Assembly (NCBI GenBank): GCA_964644695.1 | Contig: CAZXWN010000003.1 | Coordinates: forward strand, 1 to 64,000 | Source of the DNA: an uncultured bacterium | GTDB taxonomy: Bacteria; UBP4; UBA4092 | Direction: 5' to 3' | DNA length: 64,000 nucleotides | Shown: piece after piece, positions 41,017 to 50,605 of the stretch | Layout: each line of letters opens with the position of its first letter | Numbering within the stretch: the first letter of the stretch is position 1 | Translations under genes and position numbers: made by a program | Notes under the pieces: generated by a model | Database searches by the model: none | The model's input: only the letters and a program-made list of their open reading frames with translations | Told to the model about the DNA's origin: nothing

Positions 41017-42504
41017 TTGTACTGTCGGAGAGTAACCAAGCCCTTGGATTGGATCCTGAGAGTTAAATGGAAGCATGTATGGCCGATGCTGGTGTTATTG
41101 TGTGCGGCGGCCGGTCTGCGCTTTTACCAGTTAGGATATGAAGACTTTTGGGTTGATGAAATAATTACCTTTCAGCGAACGCAAAGACCCTGGTTGATTT
41201 TATTTTATGACCCGATGATGGGCGATAATATCACCCACTACCTCTGGGATAGTGTTTTTATGAAGCTGTGGAGCCAGTTTTTCGGCGCATCAGAGGTTGG
41301 ACTCCGGTCTTTGCCTGCTTTGATTGGGATTTGTGCGGTCTATTTGATATATCAAGTCAGTCGTCTTTTTAATGACCGAAAGACTTCCTATCTGGTGGCG
41401 CTCATGGCCACCCTGTCCCCGTTATTGATTTATTACAGTCAGGAAGCACGGGCCTATTCTTTCCAGGTGGTTCTGGTTCTATCTATGGTGTTGATGTTAG
41501 AGAAGGCGTGCAGGACTGGGAAGACTCACTATTGGGGCTGGTATGTTGCCGTAGCGGTTATTGGAATTTATCTGCAGTTATTTACGACTTTGGCCTGGGT
41601 CATGTTGAGCATTTATTTCCTGTATCGGGTATGGATGACTAAAAATATTGGGACCCTTAAGCCTTGGATTATTTCTCAGGGTGTGATTATTCTGCTGGCG
41701 CTCCCCTTCGGACTGTATGCAATGGTTCCTGATACGCGGGAAACACTCAACTGGATTCCTAAACCCCAGTTCAAGGAAATTTTCCGGCCCCTGAATTACT
41801 ATGTTTTCGGAATGTCCTATCGAGTCCTTCCCCATTGGCTCAAAGAGTCTGGGAAGTATCTAGTATTCATTATGATGATATTGGCGCTTATCCCTCAAAA
41901 ATGGGGCCTTAAATCGTGGCTTAAAGAACGAACCGACCAATCGGGTCTGGTCTTGATGGGTTTAATGGGATTCGGTACCTGGATATTATTTTTTCTGGTT
42001 TCCCAGGTGAAGCCGATTTTTGTGCCTGAGAGATATTTGATTATTTGTTTGCCTTTCCTGATGATTCTGATTGCTGTTGCCATCAATCGGCTATCTTCCA
42101 AATATTTACAGGGATTGGCGCTGATTGTGGTCTTGGGATGTTCTCTGGTCGGTGTGGTGGATAATTACACCCGAAATCAAAAAATGCCCTGGCGTGAACT
42201 GGTTTATCCCGTTCATAATCAGCGGCGGGCAGAGGACATTGTCTGGTACTATCCGGAATCTATGGACAGCCAGATCAAGTTTTATCTTGATGATCGCCCC
42301 ACGCCAATATCTATCAAATATGTTCCATTTTATGACCCCAATCCAAGTACAACGATATGGGTCTATACCGATACTTGGGAAACTTTTCCTGCGTATTATA
42401 AGGTTTTTTTAGAGACTCACTACCGAAAAAACACCGTACTGATAAAGAAGCAACCCCAATACATGGAGCTGCTTCGTTTCGACCCGCTTCAACCCCTATC
42501 ATGA
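41017..42504 (+). CDS. GT-C fold membrane glycosyltransferase (GT39/83-like)
   Basis: LRFYQLG..DFWVDE, FGASEVGLRSL, YYSQEARAYS, ERYL. Start codon uncertain. Confidence 0.8.
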   Translation: MYCRRVTKPLDWILRVKWKHVWPMLVLLCAAAGLRFYQLGYEDFWVDEIITFQRTQRPWLILFYDPMMGDNITHYLWDSVFMKLWSQFFGASEVGLRSLPALIGICAVYLIYQVSRLFNDRKTSYLVALMATLSPLLIYYSQEARAYSFQVVLVLSMVLMLEKACRTGKTHYWGWYVAVAVIGIYLQLFTTLAWVMLSIYFLYRVWMTKNIGTLKPWIISQGVIILLALPFGLYAMVPDTRETLNWIPKPQFKEIFRPLNYYVFGMSYRVLPHWLKESGKYLVFIMMILALIPQKWGLKSWLKERTDQSGLVLMGLMGFGTWILFFLVSQVKPIFVPERYLIICLPFLMILIAVAINRLSSKYLQGLALIVVLGCSLVGVVDNYTRNQKMPWRELVYPVHNQRRAEDIVWYYPESMDSQIKFYLDDRPTPISIKYVPFYDPNPSTTIWVYTDTWETFPAYYKVFLETHYRKNTVLIKKQPQYMELLRFDPLQPLS

Positions 42505-42510
42505 ATAAAT

Positions 42511-42538
42511 AAAAGAGACCTTCATTACTGAAGGTCTC
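42511..42538 (-). terminator. Intrinsic terminator
   Basis: A-rich run then gagaccttca...tgaaggtctc stem. Confidence 0.65.
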
Positions 42539-42561
42539 CTGACAATGTTTCGAGGGATATT

Positions 42562-44652
42562 CTATTCCTGGTAGTGGCTGAAATCTTCCACTGCCGCAGG
42601 AGTGAGTGGCACAAACTTAATCGCATCTGCTACGACCAGTCCATTTGCTCCCGCATTACTGATGGTGACTGAATTCTGCAGCCCAGCGGGGAAGGTATAG
42701 TCTCCCAAGTTTACCCAACGGTATCCGTCAGTTTTCTGGTTCACATTTAATGTGGTCGTGCCCAGATTGTGCTGGATGATCAGCCGGGTATTATCCGCAT
42801 GTACTGTGTCTGCGCTCCACCAGCCATACACCTGATATCGGCCTGCTTGAGTGAAGTTGGTCTGGAAGGTATAACTATTGGTTCCGCCCGGTGCCGGCGC
42901 TGTCAAATAATTGTCTCCATAATAACCCCGGTGGAGATTGGTGGCGATGGTGGTTACTGTCCAATTCCCGGTAGCGGTGGTGGAGAAATCAGCCCGGCCA
43001 TCATTATTCACGATGTAGGGGTCATCTGCAACGCGTGACCCTGTGTATCCCAACATTTGGGCAAAGTCCTTTTGTGTTTGGTAACCCTTACCAACAAGCC
43101 GTGGGAAATTGTGAAGCGGTGAAGATGCATACCCAAACCCTCCGGCGTATGAAAACGACATATTATATCCGGCTCTGGCGGCTAATCCAGGCAATGCTAC
43201 GCTGTCTTTGGAATAGGTATCTGTTCCATAGGGGTAGGCCATGAAGTCACACACACCCGTATAAGTGTTTTGTTGCAATACTTTTCGAGCCGTGGACATT
43301 TGAGCCCAGCAGATGCTTTGATTATAAGTGCTCAGATTATAGTGGTTGATTTGATGAGATTCGACCTTGATATAGCCGGTTTTCTCAGCGGTAGATAATT
43401 CGGACCATGTGCCATTCGGACCATAACTGGCTCCGGTCCCACCCACACTGCCTGTATGAGCGAAGATGACACCATGCATCTGTTTTTCAGCCAGCAGGGC
43501 GCCCCCAAAGACAGACTCCCCACGATAGTTGTCGTCAAAGCTTATGACTACCGGGTTTGGGGGTAGGGGAGTACCCTTCATTATGTAGGAATAGAGAGTG
43601 TCCAGAGTGATTGTATTGTAATTATGCCGTTGCATCCATTCCAGATGGTCCTTAAATATTTCGGTGGAAAGAGTCAGACCATAATCAACATTGGGTCCCC
43701 AGGATGCCGTGACATTGTGGTATCCGATGACGCATAATTTCACATCCTGTGGAGTTTGCCATTTGGAAAGAGTCGTCTGCGCTAAAAAAGAGGCAGTGTA
43801 GAGGGCCTGACTGTTTGGATGAAAGGCGGTGCCCCGCGGCGCCTGAGTATTCAGGGTTTGAGTCAATTGATTGGATGCATCAAAAATCTTGATTTGATTT
43901 CCACCGGTGTAAGAGACATACACATTCCCCTTCAGGTCCACTTCGCAGGCACTGGGGCTTCCGGTATCACTGGAAAGCACTGTGGACTGGGTGAACTGTG
44001 CCGTTCCATTACTGAAACCGCCGGTGAATTTCCAAACCAGATTTTCGGTTTCATTGGCGAGATATACAGCCGATCCGTCTTTGCGTACTCCGATGCCCCG
44101 GGTAATATATGTACGGGTGCTGGGTGCAGATAAACTCACGGGACTTCCGGGATACTCGGTCCCTGCCGCCGTATATATATGGAATTTGACGCGTTCCGTT
44201 GTGGATACTTTTTCCGTGATGTAGAGCCGACCCTGGTCATCCACATCAATATCACCGGCTCTGAAAGGAAGTGTGAATCCGTTCAGCGCCTGACCTGACG
44301 CAGAATCGAATTTGAAGACATGGCGTTGTGTGGCATTATCGCAGACAACATAGACGATGCCATTTGTACCACAGGCGGCACCGGAAGGCTGATACATATT
44401 GACATAGGTGCCTGTTGCATCTTTACCCCTTCGGATAGGGGAAAAGGGAGCCTCGGCACCCGACTGTGGATGGAATACCCTGACTGAGTTCTCGTCATAG
44501 GCACAGACCCAGTTTTGATAACCTTCATCCAGAGTTACGAATTGCCCCCCGTTCATGGCGTTTCCGAAATTGCCCAGGCGGCTAAACTGAGAAAAAACAG
44601 GACTTATCAACCCTAGCCCCAGAATACATAGGAATACTAGATACTTTCGCAT
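42562..44652 (-). CDS. Secreted polysaccharide deacetylase (CE4) with N-terminal beta-propeller and C-terminal golvesin/xanthan-lyase-type beta-sandwich
   Basis: Signal peptide; GYHNV, SFDDNY, ESHQINH, AYPYG; C-terminal YQVYGWW...VVADAIKF. Confidence 0.8.
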   Translation of the reverse strand: MRKYLVFLCILGLGLISPVFSQFSRLGNFGNAMNGGQFVTLDEGYQNWVCAYDENSVRVFHPQSGAEAPFSPIRRGKDATGTYVNMYQPSGAACGTNGIVYVVCDNATQRHVFKFDSASGQALNGFTLPFRAGDIDVDDQGRLYITEKVSTTERVKFHIYTAAGTEYPGSPVSLSAPSTRTYITRGIGVRKDGSAVYLANETENLVWKFTGGFSNGTAQFTQSTVLSSDTGSPSACEVDLKGNVYVSYTGGNQIKIFDASNQLTQTLNTQAPRGTAFHPNSQALYTASFLAQTTLSKWQTPQDVKLCVIGYHNVTASWGPNVDYGLTLSTEIFKDHLEWMQRHNYNTITLDTLYSYIMKGTPLPPNPVVISFDDNYRGESVFGGALLAEKQMHGVIFAHTGSVGGTGASYGPNGTWSELSTAEKTGYIKVESHQINHYNLSTYNQSICWAQMSTARKVLQQNTYTGVCDFMAYPYGTDTYSKDSVALPGLAARAGYNMSFSYAGGFGYASSPLHNFPRLVGKGYQTQKDFAQMLGYTGSRVADDPYIVNNDGRADFSTTATGNWTVTTIATNLHRGYYGDNYLTAPAPGGTNSYTFQTNFTQAGRYQVYGWWSADTVHADNTRLIIQHNLGTTTLNVNQKTDGYRWVNLGDYTFPAGLQNSVTISNAGANGLVVADAIKFVPLTPAAVEDFSHYQE

Positions 44653-44741
44653 GACCTCTCCCTTGTTGCTTATTATTCTGTGTGAATTTATAGCACAAAA
44701 CCGAGTGGATTGACTAATATGGTGAAAGAGGTAAACAATAT

Positions 44742-44773
44742 AAAACCCGGCAGGACAGAATCCTGTCGGGTTT
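44742..44773 (-). terminator. Intrinsic terminator
   Basis: aaaacccggcagga...tcctgtcgggttt. Confidence 0.65.
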
Positions 44774-44794
44774 ATTTTCTGAACAGATCAGAAT

Positions 44795-46870
44795 TTATTC
44801 GTATCGGATAAAGTCAGTCACATCCGTAGATGCGGGTTCCAGTTTGATGGCATCCGCGACAACTTTTCCACTGGCACTGGCGGCGGAGAAAACCACGGAC
44901 CCGGAGCCTGCATTGAAATAGGCTGTTCCCAGATAAGTCCATTGGCTGCCGCTGATTTGTTGATTTACCGTTACGGTGGAGACGGTCGCGGCATTGATTG
45001 TAACAGGAACGCTGGCGGCATAACTTGAATCCGCCATCCACCAGCCATAGACTTTATATTCTCCCGCAGTCTGAACATTGGGAGTAAAAGTGGCTGTGGC
45101 GGAGGTCCCGCCGGTGGCTGTCAGGTAGTTCGTTCCGTAACAGCCGTAGTGGTTAATGGGTGATTTAGTTGTATTGGTCCAGGTCCCGGTTGATGTGAAA
45201 GAACCATCGGCATTTCCGTCATTATTGACGATATAGGGATCGTTTGCAAAACGAGAGTCCGTAAATCCAATCATTGTTTTGAATTGGTTCAGAGTCAATG
45301 AACCCGGCATGACCAGACGGCTGATATTTTTAGAGGGTTGAAGTCGAGTGGCCAGGGCATTGTCATAATTAAAACAGAGTCTGTATCCCGCTCTTGCTCC
45401 GATGGCTGGAATAAGTCCGCCATCACTGGTCATAGTTCCCGCTCCATAAGGATAAGCCATGTAATAAGCAGGGTTGTTGGGCATATTACTCAAGATGGCT
45501 TGCCGAGACCCAATTAATTCATCCATGACCTGACCGGTTGTCAGGCTTGTAATGTTTAAGTGTAATTTTGTATGAGAGCCTGTCCACATGACGCCATTGT
45601 TGAATGATGTATTCAATTGAGCCCAGGACCCTCTATATCCCACGGAAGGATTCGTTCCGACATAGTTGGTATGGGCGAATATCATTCCTGTCCATCCAGC
45701 CTCCTGCAATACCGCCCCACCATAAAGGACTTCCCCTTCATAGTTGTCATCAAAAGTGAAGGAGACCATTTTGCTCCCATAATTGGTTCCCCTGAGCCAA
45801 TAATCATAAAACTCATCAGGATTGAGGCAATAATAACCATGCCGCTTGAGCAGCTGGACCTGGTCTCTGAAATTATCGGGTGAGACCATCATGCCAAAAT
45901 CGGCTGTCCAACTGGAAGTTACATTGTGATAGCCGAGGACAGGAACAGAATATCCTGCTGTTTGATTGAACCCAAACACTTTCCCGGATGCGGCTCCATC
46001 CGCCACCGTAACGACCATCCCATTGGCATAGGGGCTGACCGATAGGGGTGTCGTGATTCCGGTTATGGGGAAGGTTTCTATCAGTGTCCCGTCAGAATTC
46101 CATTTCCGGATACTGGCGGGCGAGGTGGCGGTGCCATAGAGCATATTCAAATCATCAGTGGCTAATCCTGTTATACCTGCGGCTGAAACAATATCCTGGC
46201 TGGAAGTCAGGGATACGGATGACCCTGTGGTTTGTAATGAAAGTTTCAGGATTTTACCTTCGGATTCAGACCCGACAAATAACGCCGTACCATCCTGGGT
46301 GACAGCCAGCCCGGTCAAAGTGTTTGTGCCTGTCCCGGTAATCTGAATGGGACTGCCGGTGAGCTCGGTTCCAGAACCATTGTACACATGGATAACGGCT
46401 CGATTACCGGTCACGGATTTCTCAGATACATAAACTCTGTTAATTCCATCGGCGGCAATACCCCCCGGTCCATAGGAGAGGTTCCATCCGTTTTGAGCAA
46501 CACCATTCCAAGTTTGGAATCGGCAAATAACGCCGCTGGTTCCATTGTTTACGGCAACCATCAAAATCGCACCGGTATCCACGGCCAGTCCAACGGCATT
46601 ATTCAAAGTAACCGCGGATCCTGAAGCATTTTTCCCGCTTGCCATGGGAACATAGCTGGCCAGTGTCCCGGTCCGGGGATGGGCAGCTAAAAGGCCATTG
46701 TTGTCTTTTTTGAGGACCCAGGCACTACCCCCGCGGTCCACACAAGTGAATTTATACCCCTGAGCGCTGGTATAACTGGAATGAAGTGGACTGTTGGTGA
46801 GGGTATAACTGGCCAGAGCTGTCGCACTTACCAGACAAAAAAACAGAAGACTTGATACGATCCGTTTCAT
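44795..46870 (-). CDS. Secreted polysaccharide deacetylase (CE4), paralog of 42562-44652
   Basis: Signal peptide; GYHNV, TFDDNY, GSHTKLH, AYPYG; DPYIVNNDG...VVADAIKL. Confidence 0.8.
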   Translation of the reverse strand: MKRIVSSLLFFCLVSATALASYTLTNSPLHSSYTSAQGYKFTCVDRGGSAWVLKKDNNGLLAAHPRTGTLASYVPMASGKNASGSAVTLNNAVGLAVDTGAILMVAVNNGTSGVICRFQTWNGVAQNGWNLSYGPGGIAADGINRVYVSEKSVTGNRAVIHVYNGSGTELTGSPIQITGTGTNTLTGLAVTQDGTALFVGSESEGKILKLSLQTTGSSVSLTSSQDIVSAAGITGLATDDLNMLYGTATSPASIRKWNSDGTLIETFPITGITTPLSVSPYANGMVVTVADGAASGKVFGFNQTAGYSVPVLGYHNVTSSWTADFGMMVSPDNFRDQVQLLKRHGYYCLNPDEFYDYWLRGTNYGSKMVSFTFDDNYEGEVLYGGAVLQEAGWTGMIFAHTNYVGTNPSVGYRGSWAQLNTSFNNGVMWTGSHTKLHLNITSLTTGQVMDELIGSRQAILSNMPNNPAYYMAYPYGAGTMTSDGGLIPAIGARAGYRLCFNYDNALATRLQPSKNISRLVMPGSLTLNQFKTMIGFTDSRFANDPYIVNNDGNADGSFTSTGTWTNTTKSPINHYGCYGTNYLTATGGTSATATFTPNVQTAGEYKVYGWWMADSSYAASVPVTINAATVSTVTVNQQISGSQWTYLGTAYFNAGSGSVVFSAASASGKVVADAIKLEPASTDVTDFIRYE

Positions 46871-46979
46871 CTATAAATTCTCTCTTTCTCAGAGGGCATG
46901 ATAATAGAATTTTCTTTAATTCTAGTGCCTTTTTGACGGATTGGCAATTCTATCTGATGTGGGATTGAGGAGTAAAGAA

Positions 46980-47492
46980 TTACTGCTGGGGAGAGTTTTT
47001 GACTTGCCGCCATAGAGATTTCAACATGGATTTAACAATTATCTTGTGAAAAGGCTTCACAAAAAAGAAATATATCCGGCCCAGGCGGTTGTTGTAATGA
47101 ACCAAAGTAGAGGAGTAAACATTTGTTGTTGTGTCAGATAGGGGTTCCACTCGGAGGGATGTCCTGAAATCAAGATGGGAGTCTTCCTCACCCAAGACAA
47201 CTTCTGTCTCATTTTGATAAAGAATGGTAAATAACAGGGTATTTTCAGGTTTGAGGATTTCTTTTTCTGTTTTCAGGCCCAGAGGTTCAACGATTCGATT
47301 CCGGATATAGAGTAAAACCTTGGTCCACCCGGGTGTTTTCCCGAAGGAGTGCGCCATTGCCTCATCAATCGTGATTTTCCCTGGGACCTGGATTCCATAC
47401 ACATCCTGATAATCAATGGGTTTGAAGTCTTTGGCAATGATGGAGTTATCCGGCAGCACCGGGGAATAAGTGATATGTTTTGAAGGGTTCAT
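46980..47492 (-). CDS. DUF2867-like protein
   Basis: IRNRIV..LGLK, EVVLGEEDSHLDFR, GRIYFFFVKPFH pattern. Confidence 0.7.
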   Translation of the reverse strand: MNPSKHITYSPVLPDNSIIAKDFKPIDYQDVYGIQVPGKITIDEAMAHSFGKTPGWTKVLLYIRNRIVEPLGLKTEKEILKPENTLLFTILYQNETEVVLGEEDSHLDFRTSLRVEPLSDTTTNVYSSTLVHYNNRLGRIYFFFVKPFHKIIVKSMLKSLWRQVKNSPQQ

Positions 47493-48901
47493 CAGGATTT
47501 TACCGAATGATGCCGTTTCAAATTACCTCGGGACAAAGAGGCCCAGATACCCAGAACACACAAGCCGCAGCAAACCTTGAACATGACATCCAGCGCCGTC
47601 AGAAAGGCAGGGTAGGATTCTGGAGTTATTTTCACATTCCCAATATAAATGGCAAACACTAAAGATGCTCCGCCCATGGACATCACCTGACCCAATAACC
47701 GCATAGAACCGAGAGTTCCGGAAGCCAGTCCTAAATATTTTTTCTCGACAGAACTCATGACAGCGTTCGTATTCGGGGAAGAAAACAGGCCGAAGCCTAT
47801 CCCCAGAAAGAGCAGTCCGACCACAACCTGCCAGATAGCAGTATTGTGATTCAGAAAACTGAAGGCCAGAAGACCGAGGGCACACATCGCCATTCCCAGG
47901 GAGGATAAGACTCGAGGCTGGACTTTGTCGGATAATCGTCCGGAGAAGGGGGAAAACAGAGCCATGGTAATGGGTTGGGCTAACAGGACCAGTCCGGCTT
48001 TCTGTGGGGGAAGGCCCTGGATATATTGAAGATAAAGACTGAGCAGGAATCCGACCGCGTATGTCGCCGCATAATTGATTAATGCCGCCAGATTCGATAA
48101 GGCAAACACCATATTGTTAAAAATGGCGGGTTCAAGGAGAGGGGAATCGGTCTTGTTTTGCCAAAACCAGAACAACCCAAGTCCGGTGATTCCGACGATG
48201 ACCAGAACAAAACCCTTTATACCGGGCATGAAACTCATTCCAAGGACCAATGAGAGGAGAGAGAAACTGAGAATCGCTGTTCCTGCACGGTCAAAGGAGT
48301 GTCCTTTGGCTTCTGCCCAATCGCCCTTCAGTTGACTGGCAAAATATTGAACAAACAGGATGATGACGATAGGAACCAGAAACACGAAACGCCACCCCAG
48401 ATGTTGAGTAATAAACCCTCCAACGACGGGCCCGAGAGATAATCCCGAATAAACGGAGGCGGTATTGATTCCCAGGATTTTCCCCCTTTGTTGGGGAGGA
48501 TAAAGGGAAACCATGATGGCGGTGCCGGTGGAGAATATAAATGCAGCGCCGAACCCTTCGACGATTCGCATGGCCAGCAGGAAGGTACTGTTGGGGGCAA
48601 TCATTGCCAACACACAGGAAGTAAGAATAATCCATACACCAATTCGGAAAAACTTTTTACGGCCGTACATATCCGCTGCCTTACCGATGGGTAAAAGGGC
48701 CATTCCTGCCGCCAGTAAATATCCGGTAGCGATCCAGCTGAGTGAAACCGCCGGCATGGACAACTCTTTTCCAATAGAGGGAAGCGACACATTCAGGGCG
48801 GACCCGAGAAAGGGGGTAATAAATGCGGCCAGGGTGGCCATACGCAGAGATATCGATTGTTGTTTCTTTATAAGAGGGTCTTCAGGAAGTTCCATAATCA
48901 T
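47492..48901 (-). CDS. MFS transporter (DHA2/EmrB-like)
   Basis: GKAADMYGRKK motif A, about 14 TM helices, GPVVGG, FSSPN. Confidence 0.9.
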   Translation of the reverse strand: MIMELPEDPLIKKQQSISLRMATLAAFITPFLGSALNVSLPSIGKELSMPAVSLSWIATGYLLAAGMALLPIGKAADMYGRKKFFRIGVWIILTSCVLAMIAPNSTFLLAMRIVEGFGAAFIFSTGTAIMVSLYPPQQRGKILGINTASVYSGLSLGPVVGGFITQHLGWRFVFLVPIVIILFVQYFASQLKGDWAEAKGHSFDRAGTAILSFSLLSLVLGMSFMPGIKGFVLVIVGITGLGLFWFWQNKTDSPLLEPAIFNNMVFALSNLAALINYAATYAVGFLLSLYLQYIQGLPPQKAGLVLLAQPITMALFSPFSGRLSDKVQPRVLSSLGMAMCALGLLAFSFLNHNTAIWQVVVGLLFLGIGFGLFSSPNTNAVMSSVEKKYLGLASGTLGSMRLLGQVMSMGGASLVFAIYIGNVKITPESYPAFLTALDVMFKVCCGLCVLGIWASLSRGNLKRHHSVKS

Positions 48902-49046
48902 TATATTTTAGCAAAACCAGGTTTTCCCCCATGCCGACCTGATTGAGTAGGGAGGGTATATCTGTGTTTTATGTTGAGAAATAAAGTTATTATGATTTTC
49001 GTTTGAAAATCGAACTGTGTGGACACCTTCCGGGTTTACCCTGTTG

Positions 49047-49094
49047 ACGAAGAAGGTACGGAGCGGGTCCGAGCAGGTCCGTGAGTCCTTCGTT
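49047..49094. repeat. Intergenic palindromic repeat, copy 6
   Basis: acgaagaaggtacggagcgggtccgagcaggtccgtgagtccttcgtt. Confidence 0.7.
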
Positions 49095-49144
49095 ATGATG
49101 AAAAATTTACCCAACGAGATTGATAGTAGAAAATGGGGATTGAA

Positions 49145-50605
49145 TCAGTCTTTGGTTTTATAAAGAAGACAGGCCACACCGGATATGACCAGGACAATCC
49201 AGGTCCACACCCCGAAAGACAACCCTGACCCCAGAAGGATACCCCAGTTGGCAGATACTTTCCCAGTCAGGAAATGAGAGAGGGCATACCCAAAAAACGG
49301 GTTCATATTATTATCCGGAATTTGAGGGTCCACCGCTGTCCCGATGAACATGAACGCTACGGATATTATCCCTAGAGTATAAAGTGCCGGTTTCCATTTA
49401 TCCGGTAGATAAATCAGAGGGAGAAGCATGAAGGGAAGGGCTGGAATGAAATGCCGGGGACCGAGACTCCATCCACCCCACCACATATAATAAGACGCAT
49501 TAAAGAGGACAAAGACACTCACCACTGCAACGGATAACCACCATTGTTTCCGGTTATTCCCGGCACGATACCAATAGACCCAGGCCGGAAATGCCAGTAA
49601 CAGGATGGGATTCAACAGGAAGATGCCGCGATACAGGCTGAAACTCATTCCCCATAGTGCAGAGAGTTTGGGATACGTTACTCCGGCTATTCCGTGGGAC
49701 ATTTCTTTTCGGAATTCTTCTCCGGCAACGGAGAAATATCCTACCCGGAAGAAACTTCCCGTGGTGGCGTGGTTATACAAAAGAATAATGACCAGGGGGA
49801 CCATTGCTCCACCGATAAAATAAGCCCATTTGACGGGTGATTTCTCTTTCCAGAACAGATACAGGGTCAACAGTCCTGCCAATAAAACAACAGGAAACTC
49901 ACTGATGACCGCATACCCTGCCAAAAATCCGGATAACACCAGCCCGGCTGAACCAGAAAAGAATTTACCCAGACGCAAATCATTATTCCCTTCCAGCAGG
50001 ATAAAAGCTGAGAATAACAGGACGGCGGCAAAGGCATGACCATAGAACAGGGTGGAATAGGGGAAGGCCAGTGTTCCTAAAGAATATATCAGGGTCAGAG
50101 CCAGGGCATACCGGGAATCTTTATCCCGGACCCTGAGGTAATACCGCCATAATAAAAGTCCAAACAACGCTGAAGGAAGGCCTACGACTGCCATCCGGAC
50201 CCCAAAGAGTTTGGCGTACCAGACCAGTTCGTACCAACCGTCTCCGACCGTCTGCGCAACTCCGGTCAATTTCTCAACCCAGGTCATCGCCATATAAACG
50301 GGGATACCCAGAAATGCCGGCCCTGGTGCCTTATCAGAATAATAATGGCCGTTATAAACAGCCTTATCTCCGGTGTTGGTGTGGAAGGAATCTATTTGGA
50401 CGGTTCCCTGATGGACAACCGACATAATCAAATCATATCGTCCCAGGTCGTTCCAGTTCGGCCGATGCCAGGGCCACCAATAGGCCAATAATAAAACGAG
50501 GACCAGCCAAAAGGAGGTATTATTCCATTGAAGGGGCTTTCTTGTTTTGATAGGGGTAGATTCCGATGCCGCTTGATTCGGAGACGGAGATTTCAATTCG
50601 GTCAT
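49145..50605 (-). CDS. Polytopic membrane protein, probable GT-C glycosyltransferase
   Basis: YYSDKAPG loop, YSTLFYGH, WWGGWSLGPRH motifs; many TM helices. Confidence 0.6.
   Translation of the reverse strand: MTELKSPSPNQAASESTPIKTRKPLQWNNTSFWLVLVLLLAYWWPWHRPNWNDLGRYDLIMSVVHQGTVQIDSFHTNTGDKAVYNGHYYSDKAPGPAFLGIPVYMAMTWVEKLTGVAQTVGDGWYELVWYAKLFGVRMAVVGLPSALFGLLLWRYYLRVRDKDSRYALALTLIYSLGTLAFPYSTLFYGHAFAAVLLFSAFILLEGNNDLRLGKFFSGSAGLVLSGFLAGYAVISEFPVVLLAGLLTLYLFWKEKSPVKWAYFIGGAMVPLVIILLYNHATTGSFFRVGYFSVAGEEFRKEMSHGIAGVTYPKLSALWGMSFSLYRGIFLLNPILLLAFPAWVYWYRAGNNRKQWWLSVAVVSVFVLFNASYYMWWGGWSLGPRHFIPALPFMLLPLIYLPDKWKPALYTLGIISVAFMFIGTAVDPQIPDNNMNPFFGYALSHFLTGKVSANWGILLGSGLSFGVWTWIVLVISGVACLLYKTKD

Noticed and set aside
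40740-41039. 99-aa minus-strand ORF
   Set aside because: Overlies the DnaA-box cluster; its IH/VH/LST pattern is just translated DnaA boxes.
16-49094. Palindromic repeats as a CRISPR array
   Set aside because: Copies are kilobases apart, with no repeat-spacer periodicity and no cas genes.
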